The position numbers and the translations under genes were made by a program. Below the pieces are notes generated by a model, which saw only the letters and a program-made list of their open reading frames with translations, did no database searches and was not told the DNA's origin. From the NCBI GenBank assembly GCA_028826165.1, contig JAPDFW010000114.1, positions 186,001 through 250,000 of the forward strand: a stretch of 64,000 nt of DNA, given 5' to 3'. Below, one piece after another: positions 1 to 13,100 of the stretch. Each line of letters opens with the position of its first letter. Position 1 is the stretch's first letter. The DNA comes from Anaeramoeba ignava BMAN (Eukaryota > Protista > Anaeramoebae).

Positions 1-1
1 T

Positions 2-2716
2 GATCGTCTTTCTGCGTCACTTGTCAATTTGCATCTGAACTTCAACCGATTTCGCAACATCCCGAAAAGCATATCCAATTTAACAGAGCTGAGACAATTA
101 TTTATAAGTCACAACACGATAAAAACATGTGATCTGCGAGCCGAAAAACTTGTGGATCTTGATCTGTCACATAACGGACTTGAAAAGATCACTGGGGAAT
201 CGCTCCACTCAATGAGCCGATTGGAGTATCTATGTCTAAACAACAACAAGCTGACAACGCTACCGGAATCGCTTGGGGATCAGATGTTCCTGGGCGTTCT
301 GAAGCTGGAAACAAACAGTTTGTCTTCACTTCCAGATTCGATCGTGAAACTTCAGAGTCTAAAAGAGTTGAATTTGGCGGATAACTCTCTTAGTGAATTA
401 CCAACGGACTTTGGCCGCCTTGCCCAGCTGAGCTCTTTGGGTCTCCACAAGAACAATCTATCATCTTTACCAACTTCTTTTTCCAAACTCGAAAATTTGG
501 CGTTACTCAATTTGTCAAGTAATTCTCTTGTTGCGTTTCCTGAACAAATACTCTTCCTGAAAAATCTTGAAAGATTAGACATCGCGTGTTGTTGTCTTGC
601 CGCGTTTCCTGAGAATCTCGATGCACTTTCCAGTCTCAGGGAGCTCAACGCGTGCAGCAATCTTCTCAAATCAATTCCACCTTCAATAGGAAATCTCAAA
701 AATCTCCATGAACTTCATTTAAGCGACAATCTTCTTGAGAATCTTCCTCCAGAATTCTTCCGCATCGGATCTGGTGATGTTTCTTCCAAGATCGCTGTTC
801 ATATTTCTGGGAACTTTCTTAAAACATTTGATTCAGGTTGGTTCTCAATCCCAAATTTGGTTGCATTGGATATTTCCCACAACGAAATCACCTCAGCTCC
901 AAAAGACCATTTCGATAAGCTTCCCCGTCTGCGTTCGCTCAAGTTGTCCCACAACAAGATGCGTGATCTGAATCTCAAAAGCACTGAAAACTTACCATTT
1001 CTTCACACACTCCACATTGAAGGAAATTACCTGTCATCTGATTTCATTACTTTTCTGGATTCTGTGCTTAAGGAATCCGCAAATCTTTCCGAACAATCTC
1101 GCGAGCACAACTTTCCCCGTGTGTTTGAAAGCGCAGAAATATCTCTAACGCGCTCCAAAACAACAAGCTTCGCAAACTTGAACAGAGCCTATCCTTCCTT
1201 AAGAAGCTTTCTTCTTTCTCCTTTGCCAGTCCACTTCCACAACCATTCTCTTCACACAAACTCTCAGCACTACAAAGTGGGGTATTCCGAAGTGAAAGGA
1301 CGCAGACCCACAATGGAAGACTCGATCGACATCCAAACAGGATGCGGACCCTTGGCAAACATCGATATATACTCCATCTTCGACGGTCATGCTGGAGACT
1401 CCTCCTCCATTCTTGCTTCCTCTCTCCTCGCTTCTACTATACTTGCAGATCTTTATGAACATCTTCCTCATCTTATTGAAAAAACAAAAATTTTTGCCGA
1501 GCCAAATTTTTCCCAAAAGACCCAAAAAATGTCACAATCTACTCTCGATTTGATGATCACCAAAAACAAACTCAACACAGCCAAATTCTTCTCCAAAAAA
1601 GATGATAAAGAACTCCGCAAATTTTCCAAAAAGAAAAACCATTTGAATTTTTCTTCAAAATTACACTCTCCACATTCTCACACTCGCACAAACAGCAACT
1701 CCTCCCAAGACTCCTCCTTTTCAAACGAGACCTTCTCTCGAAGTAACAGCAACGATCCTCTCGATACAGATCTCCGCGAGATCCCACAACTAGATTCCTC
1801 TGTTGAAGAGGATGTCAAACTCCGCGAAATCAGCGCAATGTTCACACGCGTTTTCAAGACGTTTCACTCCCATCTCAAATCCATAGGGGATCGCTCAGGC
1901 ACTACGGCGCTCGTATCTTTGTTCATCGACAATGACTGCTATGTTGCAAATCTTGGCGACTCATGCGCCATCTTGTCAAGGAAAGGCAAGGCAATCCGCA
2001 TTTCTTTGGATCACAAACCTTTTCTTCCTGAAGAAGAAATCCGTATCAGAAAGGCTGGAGGTTATGTCTCAGACGACGGAAGAATCAACGGCGAACTTGC
2101 TGTTTCCAGATCCCTTGGCGACATCCAATTCGACGACTTTCTAAGCAGAAAACCTCATGTCTCCCACTTTCGTGTAACTCAAGATGACAGCTACTTGATT
2201 CTTATTTGCGATGGTGTCAGCGATATTTTGAACGACCAGGAAATCGTCAATATCGTAAATGCTGCTCCTTCTCCTTATAGAGCTGCTCTACGCATCAGGA
2301 ACTTGGCATATTCAAATGGTAGTACTGATAACATCTCTGTTATTGTTGTTAAACTCAATCCCTCCAAAAAATCCCTCAAAAATCCTGTTAATTTTTATTG
2401 TCTTGAAAATTCCAAAATCAGATCTCAATCTCAGAAATCACTCAAAACTCAACCACTTATTGGCGAACCAGAACCTCCTCAAAAACCAAAATTTAAATCA
2501 CGAATTCTTTCTCATGAATTCAAAGAAATAATTCCCAAAAAATCTACAAATTTCTCTCTCAGCAAATCATTTACAGATCAAAATTCTAAAAGTAATCCAA
2601 AATCAACTCCTAAAAATAATATTGAACAGGAAAATTTAGATAATGAAAAGAATAAAAAACAAATCGATCCTGTTGAAGATTCTGGATGGATCGATATTAG
2701 TCCCGATTTTAAATAA
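2..2716 (+). CDS. LRR + PP2C (PPM) protein phosphatase, PHLPP/Cyr1-like architecture; 5' end lies outside the window
   Basis: About 14 LxxLxLxxN repeats, then intact PP2C motifs GRRPTMED, IFDGHAG, SGTTA, ANLGDS, DHKP, LAVSRSLGD, ICDGVSD, GSTDNISV. The frame is open from position 2 (no true ATG start). Confidence 0.93.
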   Translation, partial: DRLSASLVNLHLNFNRFRNIPKSISNLTELRQLFISHNTIKTCDLRAEKLVDLDLSHNGLEKITGESLHSMSRLEYLCLNNNKLTTLPESLGDQMFLGVLKLETNSLSSLPDSIVKLQSLKELNLADNSLSELPTDFGRLAQLSSLGLHKNNLSSLPTSFSKLENLALLNLSSNSLVAFPEQILFLKNLERLDIACCCLAAFPENLDALSSLRELNACSNLLKSIPPSIGNLKNLHELHLSDNLLENLPPEFFRIGSGDVSSKIAVHISGNFLKTFDSGWFSIPNLVALDISHNEITSAPKDHFDKLPRLRSLKLSHNKMRDLNLKSTENLPFLHTLHIEGNYLSSDFITFLDSVLKESANLSEQSREHNFPRVFESAEISLTRSKTTSFANLNRAYPSLRSFLLSPLPVHFHNHSLHTNSQHYKVGYSEVKGRRPTMEDSIDIQTGCGPLANIDIYSIFDGHAGDSSSILASSLLASTILADLYEHLPHLIEKTKIFAEPNFSQKTQKMSQSTLDLMITKNKLNTAKFFSKKDDKELRKFSKKKNHLNFSSKLHSPHSHTRTNSNSSQDSSFSNETFSRSNSNDPLDTDLREIPQLDSSVEEDVKLREISAMFTRVFKTFHSHLKSIGDRSGTTALVSLFIDNDCYVANLGDSCAILSRKGKAIRISLDHKPFLPEEEIRIRKAGGYVSDDGRINGELAVSRSLGDIQFDDFLSRKPHVSHFRVTQDDSYLILICDGVSDILNDQEIVNIVNAAPSPYRAALRIRNLAYSNGSTDNISVIVVKLNPSKKSLKNPVNFYCLENSKIRSQSQKSLKTQPLIGEPEPPQKPKFKSRILSHEFKEIIPKKSTNFSLSKSFTDQNSKSNPKSTPKNNIEQENLDNEKNKKQIDPVEDSGWIDISPDFK

Positions 2717-2884
2717 AACTTATCAATTTTATTTTTTGATTTTCTTTTTAAGTTATTTTTCTTTTTTGTTTTTATTTTTAGTTTCTTTACTTTTTTTTAA
2801 AACAAAAACAAAAACAAAAATTTTTAATCACTTTTTTTTTTTTTTAAAATTTAAATCTTAATTTTATTCAAAAATCACAATTAT

Positions 2885-4633
2885 TTAAATTAGAAAAATT
2901 TCTATTGATTTAATTCTCCAATTTTTTGAAGGACCAGCAAAAAAATCCAAACAATCTTGTTGGTTTTGAAGATTTGGAGATTGAAAATTTTCACCAAGTT
3001 CTGAAAAACCTTGTCTTAAATCAGAAAAAAAACCAAGATCTCTAAAATTGCCAAAAACAGGACCGAATTGGGGATTAAAACAAACAGCAAAACAATCTTT
3101 ATCCTTTTGGATTGGGAATTTTTGAGGAGATGATCCATCAGGATTTTCTAACGAAAAAAGAAACGAATTTGGATCTTTAATCCAACCCGAATTTGAGTCA
3201 CAAGATCTGAAGCACCAACAAGAAGGATCAGAAACAAAGCCGACTTGAGTAAATCCGCCGAAAATGAATCCCTCAACGGTTTCAACAACAACACAAGTGG
3301 CTCCTTTGTTGTCAATTTTTCTGTGGAATGCTTGACTTGACCAGCCGTCAAGACTTGTTGAAAATGCAATTTTTGGTTGTTCTTGAATATGGAATGGCCG
3401 TATCCATTCAAATAATTGAATCCAATAGTAATAATCTCTCAGAATTGCTGAGAGAGAGAATGTTGATTTCTTTTTTGGCAATTTTTTCTCGGGATTTTCT
3501 TCAATCTCACTAATTTTGAAATCGGGAATTTTAAGTCCAATTATTTTCGATCCAATTATTTTCGATCCAATTTCCGTTGATTCGATTTTCCTCATCATCA
3601 TCTGTTCGTACAATAAACGCTTCTGGCTTTTTCGATAAGATTCCTTCATTTTCTCAAGTTTTTCCTTTTCGGTTTCAAGTGCTTCGCGATCCTTTTTGAT
3701 ACTTTCCTTTCTCTTTTGGATTTCTCTTTGCTTCTCCTCTTTTTTGCGTTTGAACTCGCGCTGTTCATTGATTTCCTTTTCGATTTCGCTTGTCTTTGTG
3801 GTTACCTGTTGATTTGCAATTTGGTTTTCCAATTTCTGGGCAATTTCTTGAGGGAAAAACAAGAGTGCCTTGATTTTCTTAAAATCATCCTTCTTTATCA
3901 GAGTGTAATCAATCTGCGAAAACACAGAATACGCGATCTTTCGGGTTTGCTTTCTTTTTTCTTTCTGGTTCGCAATAATACTGTCCATTTCCAATTTTTC
4001 TTTTGCCCAATTTTGGATCATTTGAACCAACTCAAAATCAACACTCTTTTGATAATCGACCACTTTCCGCGCAATTTTAAGCACTGTTTCCTGTGATAGT
4101 TGTCCAAGATTGCCTTTTTTGTCGAGCAATCCAAAATTTTCAGCAATGAAATTAATGCATTCATTTTCAACCAATTGTGATTTCATTGTGACTGATGTCG
4201 AAATATAAAGAAAAGCCGTTGAAGAATTGATATTGTTGAAAACCTCCTGTTCAAGCACTTTCTCAAGTAATTTCAGTTTGAATTCCCTGGAGAAAATCCA
4301 GAAATCAAGAAGATCTGAACGTTTGCATTCAATTTTGTTTGTGTAAATGTATTTAAGAATATTTTCCATTATTCGTGAATTAATATGTGGAAATGAAACT
4401 GATTTTGTTTTCTCATCTCCGCAAATATAAGCAAAAAATTCGCTTCTTGCGCTTAAAATTGTGCGATGGAGTTTGAATTCATGCTGTTCAATTCCTGCTT
4501 TTATCACAAAATTATACATTTTTTGTTGATTTAATAATTTAGTCAAATCATTTCGGAATTTTTTGAATATTTTTTCATTTTGATTTATATTTAGTTCTAG
4601 TTTTATTTTTTCATTGGAATCATCTTTATTCAT
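2885..4633 (-). CDS. BTB-BACK-coiled coil-TLDc protein
   Basis: BTB (FKLHRTILSARSEFF...LKYIYT), charged coiled coil, and C-terminal TLDc (DGWSSQAFHRKIDNKG, FIFGGFT, SFLFSL, GPVFG, IEIF). Likely start is MNKDD (ATG at 4633), downstream of TCATTT motifs. Confidence 0.88.
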   Translation of the reverse strand: MNKDDSNEKIKLELNINQNEKIFKKFRNDLTKLLNQQKMYNFVIKAGIEQHEFKLHRTILSARSEFFAYICGDEKTKSVSFPHINSRIMENILKYIYTNKIECKRSDLLDFWIFSREFKLKLLEKVLEQEVFNNINSSTAFLYISTSVTMKSQLVENECINFIAENFGLLDKKGNLGQLSQETVLKIARKVVDYQKSVDFELVQMIQNWAKEKLEMDSIIANQKEKRKQTRKIAYSVFSQIDYTLIKKDDFKKIKALLFFPQEIAQKLENQIANQQVTTKTSEIEKEINEQREFKRKKEEKQREIQKRKESIKKDREALETEKEKLEKMKESYRKSQKRLLYEQMMMRKIESTEIGSKIIGSKIIGLKIPDFKISEIEENPEKKLPKKKSTFSLSAILRDYYYWIQLFEWIRPFHIQEQPKIAFSTSLDGWSSQAFHRKIDNKGATCVVVETVEGFIFGGFTQVGFVSDPSCWCFRSCDSNSGWIKDPNSFLFSLENPDGSSPQKFPIQKDKDCFAVCFNPQFGPVFGNFRDLGFFSDLRQGFSELGENFQSPNLQNQQDCLDFFAGPSKNWRIKSIEIFLI

Positions 4634-4744
4634 TTGATTAAAATTAAAAAAGAAAAAATGAAAAATTAAAAAATGAAAAAATGAAAAAAAATTTTTTTTA
4701 AAATTTTTCATTTTTTTAATTCTAATTCAATTCAATTAAATTCA

Positions 4745-6092
4745 ATGAATAATTTTAATTTCCCTTCTTATTATAATTTACCTCCTTTTTTTACTATTCA
4801 ACCAGTTCAAGCAACAAGAGAAAAACAATTAAAATTATGGATTGATCTTGTTCTTGCTTTTACTAAACATTTTAAAAAATATACTATTGATATTCAAGAG
4901 GATTCAAAATCTTCTCTTTTTAACAATGAAAAAATTAACAGAAATTTAAATGATGAAGGAATTAGATTACTTTTAGAAGAGTTAGTTAAACATGGCCATG
5001 GTGAATGGCTTGATAAATCAAAAGCTAGTTGTCGAGTAATTATAAATTAAATTATAAATAATTATATAAATAAAATTATAAATAAAATTATAAATTAAAT
5101 TATAAATTAAAATTATAAATTAAATAATAAATTAAATTATAAATTAAATTATAAATAAAAATTATAAAATAAATTATAAATAATTATATAAATAAAATTA
5201 TAAATAAAATTATAAATAAATTATAAATAAAATTATAAATAAATTATAAATAAATAATAAATTAAATTATAAATAAAATTATAAATTAAATTATAAATAA
5301 AATTATAAATTAAATTATAAATAAAATTATAAATTAAATTATAAATAAAATTATAAATAAAATTATAAATAAAATTATAAATAAAATTATAAATAAAATT
5401 ATAAATAAAATTATAAATAAAATTATAAATTAAATTATAAATAAAATTATAAATAAAATTATAAATAAAATTATAAATAAAATTATAAATTAAAATTATA
5501 AATAAAATTATAAATAAAATTATAAATTAAATTATAAATTAAATTATAAATTAAATTATAATAAATTAAATTATAAATTAAATTATAAATAAAATTCTAT
5601 AAATTAAAATTATAAATAATAAAATTATAAATAAAATTATAAATTAAATTATAAATAAAATTATAAATAAAATTATAAATAAAATTATAAATAAAATTAT
5701 AAATTAAATTATAAATAAAATTATAAATTAAATTATAAATTAAATTATAAATTAAATTATAAATTAAATAAATTATATCAATTAGATAATTTGGAGAACT
5801 TTTGATGAATGGGGTAAAATGATTTATAAATGGGCGGATAAAAATGGATTAGTTGGACAAGTTTGTACAGTTTATGAAATTAGAGAAGGTGATTTAGCTC
5901 AAGAAGAAGGTATTTTATTTTATAATTTAAAATAAAATAATATTAATTTTCTAATTATTTTGATTAGAATTTTATGGATTAGATTATGATACTACAATTA
6001 AAGCTTTAGAAGCTTTAGAAAAACAAAATCTTGCAAAAATATTTAAATCGGAAAATTCAGATGAAACTGGTGTTAAATTCTTTACCCAATAA
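4745..6092 (+). CDS. VPS25: ESCRT-II subunit Vps25 (179 aa); exons 4745-5035, 5786-5909, 5968-6092
   Basis: N-terminal FPSYYNLPPFFTIQP...QLKLW, then IIWRTFDEWG, VCTVYEI and C-terminal GVKFF. GT-AG splicing gives 540 nt in frame. Confidence 0.95.
5040..5775 (+). repeat. Intronic 12-bp tandem repeat TTATAAAT(A/T)AAA in VPS25 intron 1
   Basis: Direct inspection; the array lies inside GT(5036)..AG(5785). Confidence 0.95.
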
Positions 6093-6247
6093 AATTCTAT
6101 TAATCAAACAAACAAATTCCACTTTTTTTTTTAATGTTTTTTTTTTTTTGCTTTTTTTTCCTCATTTTTAATTAAAAAAAAAAAATAATAAACAAAAAAT
6201 CAAAAATCATTTTTTTTTTTCTACTTTTTTTTTTTTGTTTTATTTAA

Positions 6248-7145
6248 ATGACATTTTGGCGAACTGTATTTAAAAAACAAAGAAGTGACGCAAATAAAAC
6301 AAATCAAAACAATCTAACAAACAAAGAGCAAAAAGAATTTAGTTTAAAATCAAACGAAATTTGGGAACAATTAGAAACACTTTGGGAAGCTAGAAAACAA
6401 ATAACAGATCCTGTTTATAATTTTATTACCAATTTTTATTTATAAAATCAATATTCTTTGACAACTATATTTTTTTTTCTTTTTTTTTATTCATTCATTA
6501 TTTTCATTTTAGGATGCTTTTTATAATTGGTATATTGATCTTTCAAGTCTTTTTTTAGCTAAAAGCAAAGAATGGAAACCTCCACCTTCAGAAAAGAAAA
6601 TAGAAAAAATGTTTAAATTTGAAAATAAATCAAAGAAGAAATCAAAATTTTCAAGGAAAAAAAAAAGTGTAAAATCTCCTTGGGAAAATTTACAAGAATT
6701 ACAAGATTATTCTAAATTGAGAGAGTTTCAAATCTCTCAAGCAAAAGACCCCAAATTTTCTTTTATTCTTGAAAATATTTCCCAACCTTTTGAATTTATT
6801 ATTGATACTTTACATGTTGCTTATGTTCTTTTGGATAAATTAAAAAAAGGTTATTTTCAAAAATCTATATTTAATTTATAATTTAATTTATAATTTAATT
6901 TATTTTTTAATTTATTTTTTAAGCTTTTGTAATTTCGAAAGGTCAATCATTTTCAATTCCTTTTAACTTAATTAACTTATCAACTTCACTTGAAGTTTTA
7001 TCTATTCTTTCAAGATCCAAAATTAACCAACAAATTATGATAAGATTTGGTTTAATTCATGAATTAAAATCTATTGCAAACGTTTCTCTTCAATTTTATT
7101 CATTAATTTCTCAAACTGTTTGATTAAAACAAAACAAAATAATAA

Positions 7146-7176
<31 letters not shown>

Positions 7177-10100
7177 TTCATTTGTTTTTCTTTTTAAATT
7201 TGATTTAGGATGTTTCACTTTATTCACCTGATAAAACACTTACTTTAGTTCAAATTCAAAATATGTTATATTTTCAATTTCTACAGTTGAATTTATTGAT
7301 AATAATTTCAAATATTTCAAATATCCCACTTTTGGAATTATCAATCGAATATTTAGAGAAAATTGCAAACACAAAATTAACAATAGATTTTGAGTTTTTA
7401 TCTCAACTTGAAGCAGTTGAACTACTCAAAGGTTTTTATTTTATTTTATTTTAATTTAATAAATGAATTTTTTAATTTTAATTTCAAATAAAACAAAAGA
7501 TCTTTTTCAAAAATCAATTGAATTAAGTCGATTCTACATCAATGAATGGCAACACCTGATCCACATTAATTTTTTAAATTTAATCATGAATTCAATCCGA
7601 TCTCGAAAATTCATAAATAATTTTAATGAGAAGTTACTCGAAAATGGATTTTCTGCTTTTATGCAATTCCGACAACCAAAAAAAATATTATCTTTTCCAA
7701 TTAGTTTTCTTGATGAAAAAGAGTTTTCTTTTTTGAATATTATGAAACTTTGGCAAGAACAATCGCAAAACCAAATACAAGAAGAAAGCGGGATGAGTAT
7801 GAATGAAAAGAAGGATATTATCAAGATATTCAAATACATCAATTCAATTCTTTTTTTGATTCATGTTTCCGAATTTATTGAAAATGATAATTATTTTGTT
7901 GAACAGTTTGTTTGCAATCATCCTCGAATTATGGAGTTATCTAATTTTACACTGTGGATTTCCTTCAAGTTTCTTCCAGATGACATCAACCGTTTAATGA
8001 AAGAAAACAAGCAAGTTTTAAACGAAAAAGTTGAAAAAAAAGCGCAACATTATTGTTCACCAAAAATCAATTCAATTGATAATTGCTTTAGATTAATAAA
8101 AAATGCAGTTGAGAAAAATTATTTTGGAAACGAAAGTAAAAAAAAGCAACAACAAAAATAATAATAATATATATATATTTATTTTTGTTTATTATTTTTA
8201 TAGAGAGAATTCCTCTTCCGAAAAATGTTGAATTCAAAGACTTTTTCGTTATGCAAAATATATCCACTCATTTGGTTCAAGAAACAAAAATTGACCACGA
8301 ATTTGAATCAAACAACCATTTGAGATACTTGTTCCAAATTCTATTAAAAATAAGCAGAAATTCTCATACACAAACTGCTGAAAACAACGAAAAAAAACAG
8401 GAAAATATTCCTATTCGTGATCGTATTATTGAAAATTTATTAAATATATTTCGGATTGAAGACAATCAAAAAGTTTTAAAGTATCGGAACATAATCCATA
8501 ATCTTTGGCCTCAATTACAAGTAATTACAAATTAAAAATTAAAAATTAAATGTATAAATTAATTCTCTCTGATTTGATTTGGAAATTTAGCTTGAAATTT
8601 TATCTCTTTTAATGCAAATACTTGACCAAAATGTATTGGACAAATTGAAGGAAAAAAAATATTGGTCAATTTTTTTCTCAAGTTATTTTATACCAGAAAT
8701 AAACAGTACCTTTATCGCCACAAAAGAATCAACACAACTTTTTTCAATAGTGAATGATTTATTGATGAAAATAATATACGAAGCTGGATATAAAGAGCAG
8801 ACAAGTAATATTGAAGAATGTGGAATTTTGGTGGAATTTTTGGAATATAATCGGCATAACCTAAATATAATTGGCCAAGTAATGACGGCTATTTTTGGAA
8901 TATTGGAGAGGAAATATAAAATGGCAGTTTCATCACTAACAACAATCAAAATCATCCCTGTTGTCACAGGAATTATTCACGAAACTTTCTGGTATCAAAT
9001 AGGATTGAAACAAGACGGAGAAGAAGATGAAAAAAAACAAAATATGGAGATTGAAACGGTTCAGGTTCCTGTTGCGCGATATAACCAATACACTCGAGAA
9101 TATTCGCTTGAAAAACTTTTCCAAGTGCGACTTCAAATGTTTGATTTCATCAACTTGTTTTTGTCAAATAAGGCACATAGAAAACTAATGGTGGAAAACT
9201 TTGGCAATGAATTGACAAGCATTTTGTTGACTTTGCTTCTTGAGAAGGAAACAAGAGATTTCTCTCTTCAACATTTATCATTCAATTTGGGAACAACTCC
9301 ATCAAAACAACCGCCCAACATATGGAAAGAAATGGGGACAAATATTTTGCGTTTTGTGCGGGTTTTGTTCGAAGAGGAAACCAAACGGAAGAAGAAAAAG
9401 GATGATCAAATCACCGATATTCAAGGTGATTTGGAAAAGGAATCATTGATTGAGCTGATGAAAGATGTTATGACAATGGTTTCCGATTGTATCACAAACC
9501 ACCAGGAAATATTGCAATACATGCTTATGGATATTGGGGTATTTCAGTTTGTTATGGAGTTACTCAAAGAGCCTGAAACCGCAAACAAGCTCTTTGTGGA
9601 AATAATGCACTTATTGATTGAACTCTTCCGAGGAAGCGATCCCACAGTTGTTGAGAAATTCGAGAAGGAAATTGGCCACGATGAACTTCGAAAGGCCATT
9701 TGGGAATGCCAAATGAAGAAGCAAACTGAGATTGCATTCCAACTTCTTTTGGAAATGCTTGTCAATAATAATTACAGTCAGCAAAAACAGGCTCCAATCC
9801 GCTCGCAAGAATCGAGAAATTCGTTCGGAATTCAACGGCTTTTTGACTGCGAACGGAACTACATTATCCAAAACAGACACGTCGTAATGGTCATGTTTCG
9901 GTTGTTTACACAAGGCGATCCACATCCTGATCTTCCGCTTTTTCTTAATCTCCTCGACACATTCACAATCATTTGCGAGCGCTCTTTGCACAATACCTCT
10001 TGTTGTTGCGAAGTAGGACTTGTCGGTTTTTTGGTCGATCTTATCCCCCATGTTTGGGGGAGTAATTCGCGTTTTTCAGATTCCTTGCAAAATGTAGAAG

Positions 10101-13100
10101 AGGAGCAAATTTTACAGAAAATACGAAATCAAACTGTTCGTCTTTTGGGTGGCATTGGCTCCCATAGAATCACTGTCAAGGAGCTTAAGAATATTTTCTC
10201 TCTTCTCCAAAGTGTAGATGGTCTTGCGCGCCCTAGCTTTTCCCCTCTTGTTCTCAGCGCACTCTACAAAATGCTCCGCAATAAGGACAGAGATGACAAT
10301 GTCCAACCAAGTGCCTTTTTTGACTTTGATGGCCGTCTGGCTTCTCTTGAAATTCCTTTCATTTCCGAATGGCCTGCTGTTAAAGGGATGACCTTCTGCA
10401 CATGGATTCGTATTGAAAGTCTTCAGGATCCTCTTAACAAGCCTGATTACGAACCGCGTATTTTCAGTTTCATGAACAAAAACGGAAGAGGAATTGAGTT
10501 GTATTTCAGGAATGATAACGAAAGTGATCAGAATTATTTGGGGATGACATTAACAACAAGTATTGAAGAAGAGCGAGATCAAAGTCAAGAAATAAATTCT
10601 AATACCAAAATAAATAATTACATCAATAAAAATATTAAAACTGACGGCGCAATCCAAATTGAAACTGAAAGCAACATGAAAAATATAAATGTAAATGTAA
10701 ATGTAAATGCAAATGTAAATGTAAATAACGCCAATGCCGATGTCAATTTCAATTCAAATACAGAAACAAGTAAAAATAACAGTGAAACAAAAGAGCAAAA
10801 ACGCAGAAAATCAAGTGCCAAAGTCATCGATGAAAAACTGAAACAACAACTTAAATCAAAGCGCCAGATCCCTATTGGATGGAAACAACAACCACTTCAA
10901 CCACAAAACGAAGGAGCAGGGGATATTTCTAGTCAGAAGGAGCAAGTGATTGAGCGAGATGTGCTCTTGATTATACGAGTAGTATTTGCAAATTGTTCCG
11001 ACTTTGCAGTTTTTCCAATTCGGATTCCCATCAAAAGATGGTTCTGTCTTGGACTTACACACTCTCAGTCGCGGTGGACATCTTCGGGAGAGGCTCGTGT
11101 GTATCTGAATGGCGAGAGTGGAGGGTCAAGAGCTGGATTGAAATTCTCACAATTTGGCGGAGGATTTACACACAATCGGATCGGATCCAATTTCGGTTTT
11201 TCTGAACCAGAGGAGAATGAAGCTATTCTTGGACGCAGCAAACGCGAGAACCCTTTCTGTGGACAAATGGGCGCAATCTATTTTTTTGATGAAGCACTTA
11301 CAGCAAGTCAATTGCGTGATATCTACCAACTTGGAGCTAGTTATGCAGGGAACTTTGAAGCAGTAGCTAATCCTCAATCAGGGCGTGTTCAAACTTCTCC
11401 TCATATTTCACAAAGTGGCGTTCTTGATGGTTCTCTTTCTTCAAAGATCTTCCTAAGTCTTAATTCTCGTGCTTGCAGTCTCCACCATTGTTTTGATCAA
11501 AGTTCTCGTGGTGTTGTTGATAAATTAAGAATAGTTAGTATGTTCAATTGCATTTCCAGGAATTTAGCAGATATTGTTGGTTGCGTTGGTGGTGTTCGTG
11601 CTTTATTTCCTCTTTTTGCTCAACTTGATCAACCTGAAGCAACACCACAAAATTTAATTGCTCTTCGTAACCGTCGAAAATCCTCAATAAGCAATTCAAC
11701 TATTTTAACAGATACAACAAATTTAACAGATTCAAAAAATTTAGCAGATTCAACAAATTTAAATAATTTAAATAATTCAAATAATTTAAATGATTCAAAA
11801 AATAATTTAATAGATTCAAATGATTCAAATAATTTAAATGATTCAACAAATAATTTAATAGATTCAAAAAATGATTCAAATAATTTAATAGATTCAAATG
11901 ATTCAAAAAATTTAAATGATTCAAATGATTTAACAAATAATTTAATAGATTCAAAAAATAATTCAACAAATAATTTAAATGATTCAAAAAATGATTCAAA
12001 TGATTCAACAAATAATTTAATAGATTCAAAAAATAATTCAAATAATTTAATAGATTCAAAAAATAATTCAAAAAATAATTTAATAGATTCAAAAAATAAT
12101 TCATTTGTAATCAAAAATTCATTCAGAATAAAAGAAACTCCATTAACAAAAAACTCACCTCAAAATAAATCTCAAATTGATTTCTCAATTAACCCCAATC
12201 TTTCAGGTCAAATATTCGATCTCATTGCAAAAATGTTAATACTCAATAACGCAAATGTTCAAGATATTGTAAACAGACGAGGAATATCTGTTCTAGGTTA
12301 TCTTTTCCGCACAATTTCCCCGCAACACATGTCAATCGAAATTGTCAAAACAATCAAAAAATTACTTTTTCAAGTAGAAAATACCCAATTAAGTCACGAC
12401 ATCATTCACAGTCTTGTATTCAACTACGATATATGGATATATTCACGATACGAAGTCCAAGAAAGACTTATTTCAGATATTCTTCTTAAATCTCTTCTTC
12501 AAGAACGAAAAAAATTACCAGTTTATTTTGAGATGAATTGTCGACCTCTTTTTCTTATTTTGAGGAGTTATTACTGGATGAAACCCGACAAATTCTCAAA
12601 GGCTGGGGAACCGAAACGAAGCACAGAGACACAAGAGATTATTGGAAAGCGACCGGAAATTGAACAAATGGTAACTTTGAGAGCCTCTATTCTTGAATGT
12701 GTTTATCGCGTTCTCCTTATTTTCCCAACAGAAGCAAATTTCTCACAACTTATTCACTACTGTCTTGAGATGACTCAACAAAGACGCACCAGAAGAGATC
12801 CGCGATGTTCTTGATATGGTTGTCAAGATTCTGAGTGCAATGCGAACAGAGAAGCCTGGATTGTCTCAAATCACATTACAAAATGAAAATCAAGATTCAG
12901 GAGATGAAATTCAAGAAAATGATCTTCGTTCCAAAATTCTTGATATGTTCAACGAGTGCGGCTATGCGGATCCATTTATGCTAATAATGGACACAAAAGA
13001 TGCTGTAGTCAGAGAGCAATGTCTTGAGATCATTTGCGATCTTGAATGGCAACATGATCAACATCCAAGAAAAAAATTGAATAGCCGAATATGTTCTGAG

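Noticed and set aside
10540-12190. Intein/Hint insertion in the BEACH protein
   Set aside because: The insertions are low-complexity N/S/D-rich tracts without C/S...HN splicing motifs or endonuclease blocks.
12770-12816. Tiny intron or two separate genes explaining the BEACH break
   Set aside because: There is no GT donor within the 12774-12811 window, no AT-rich spacer or Inr motif, and the domain order is that of one BEACH protein.
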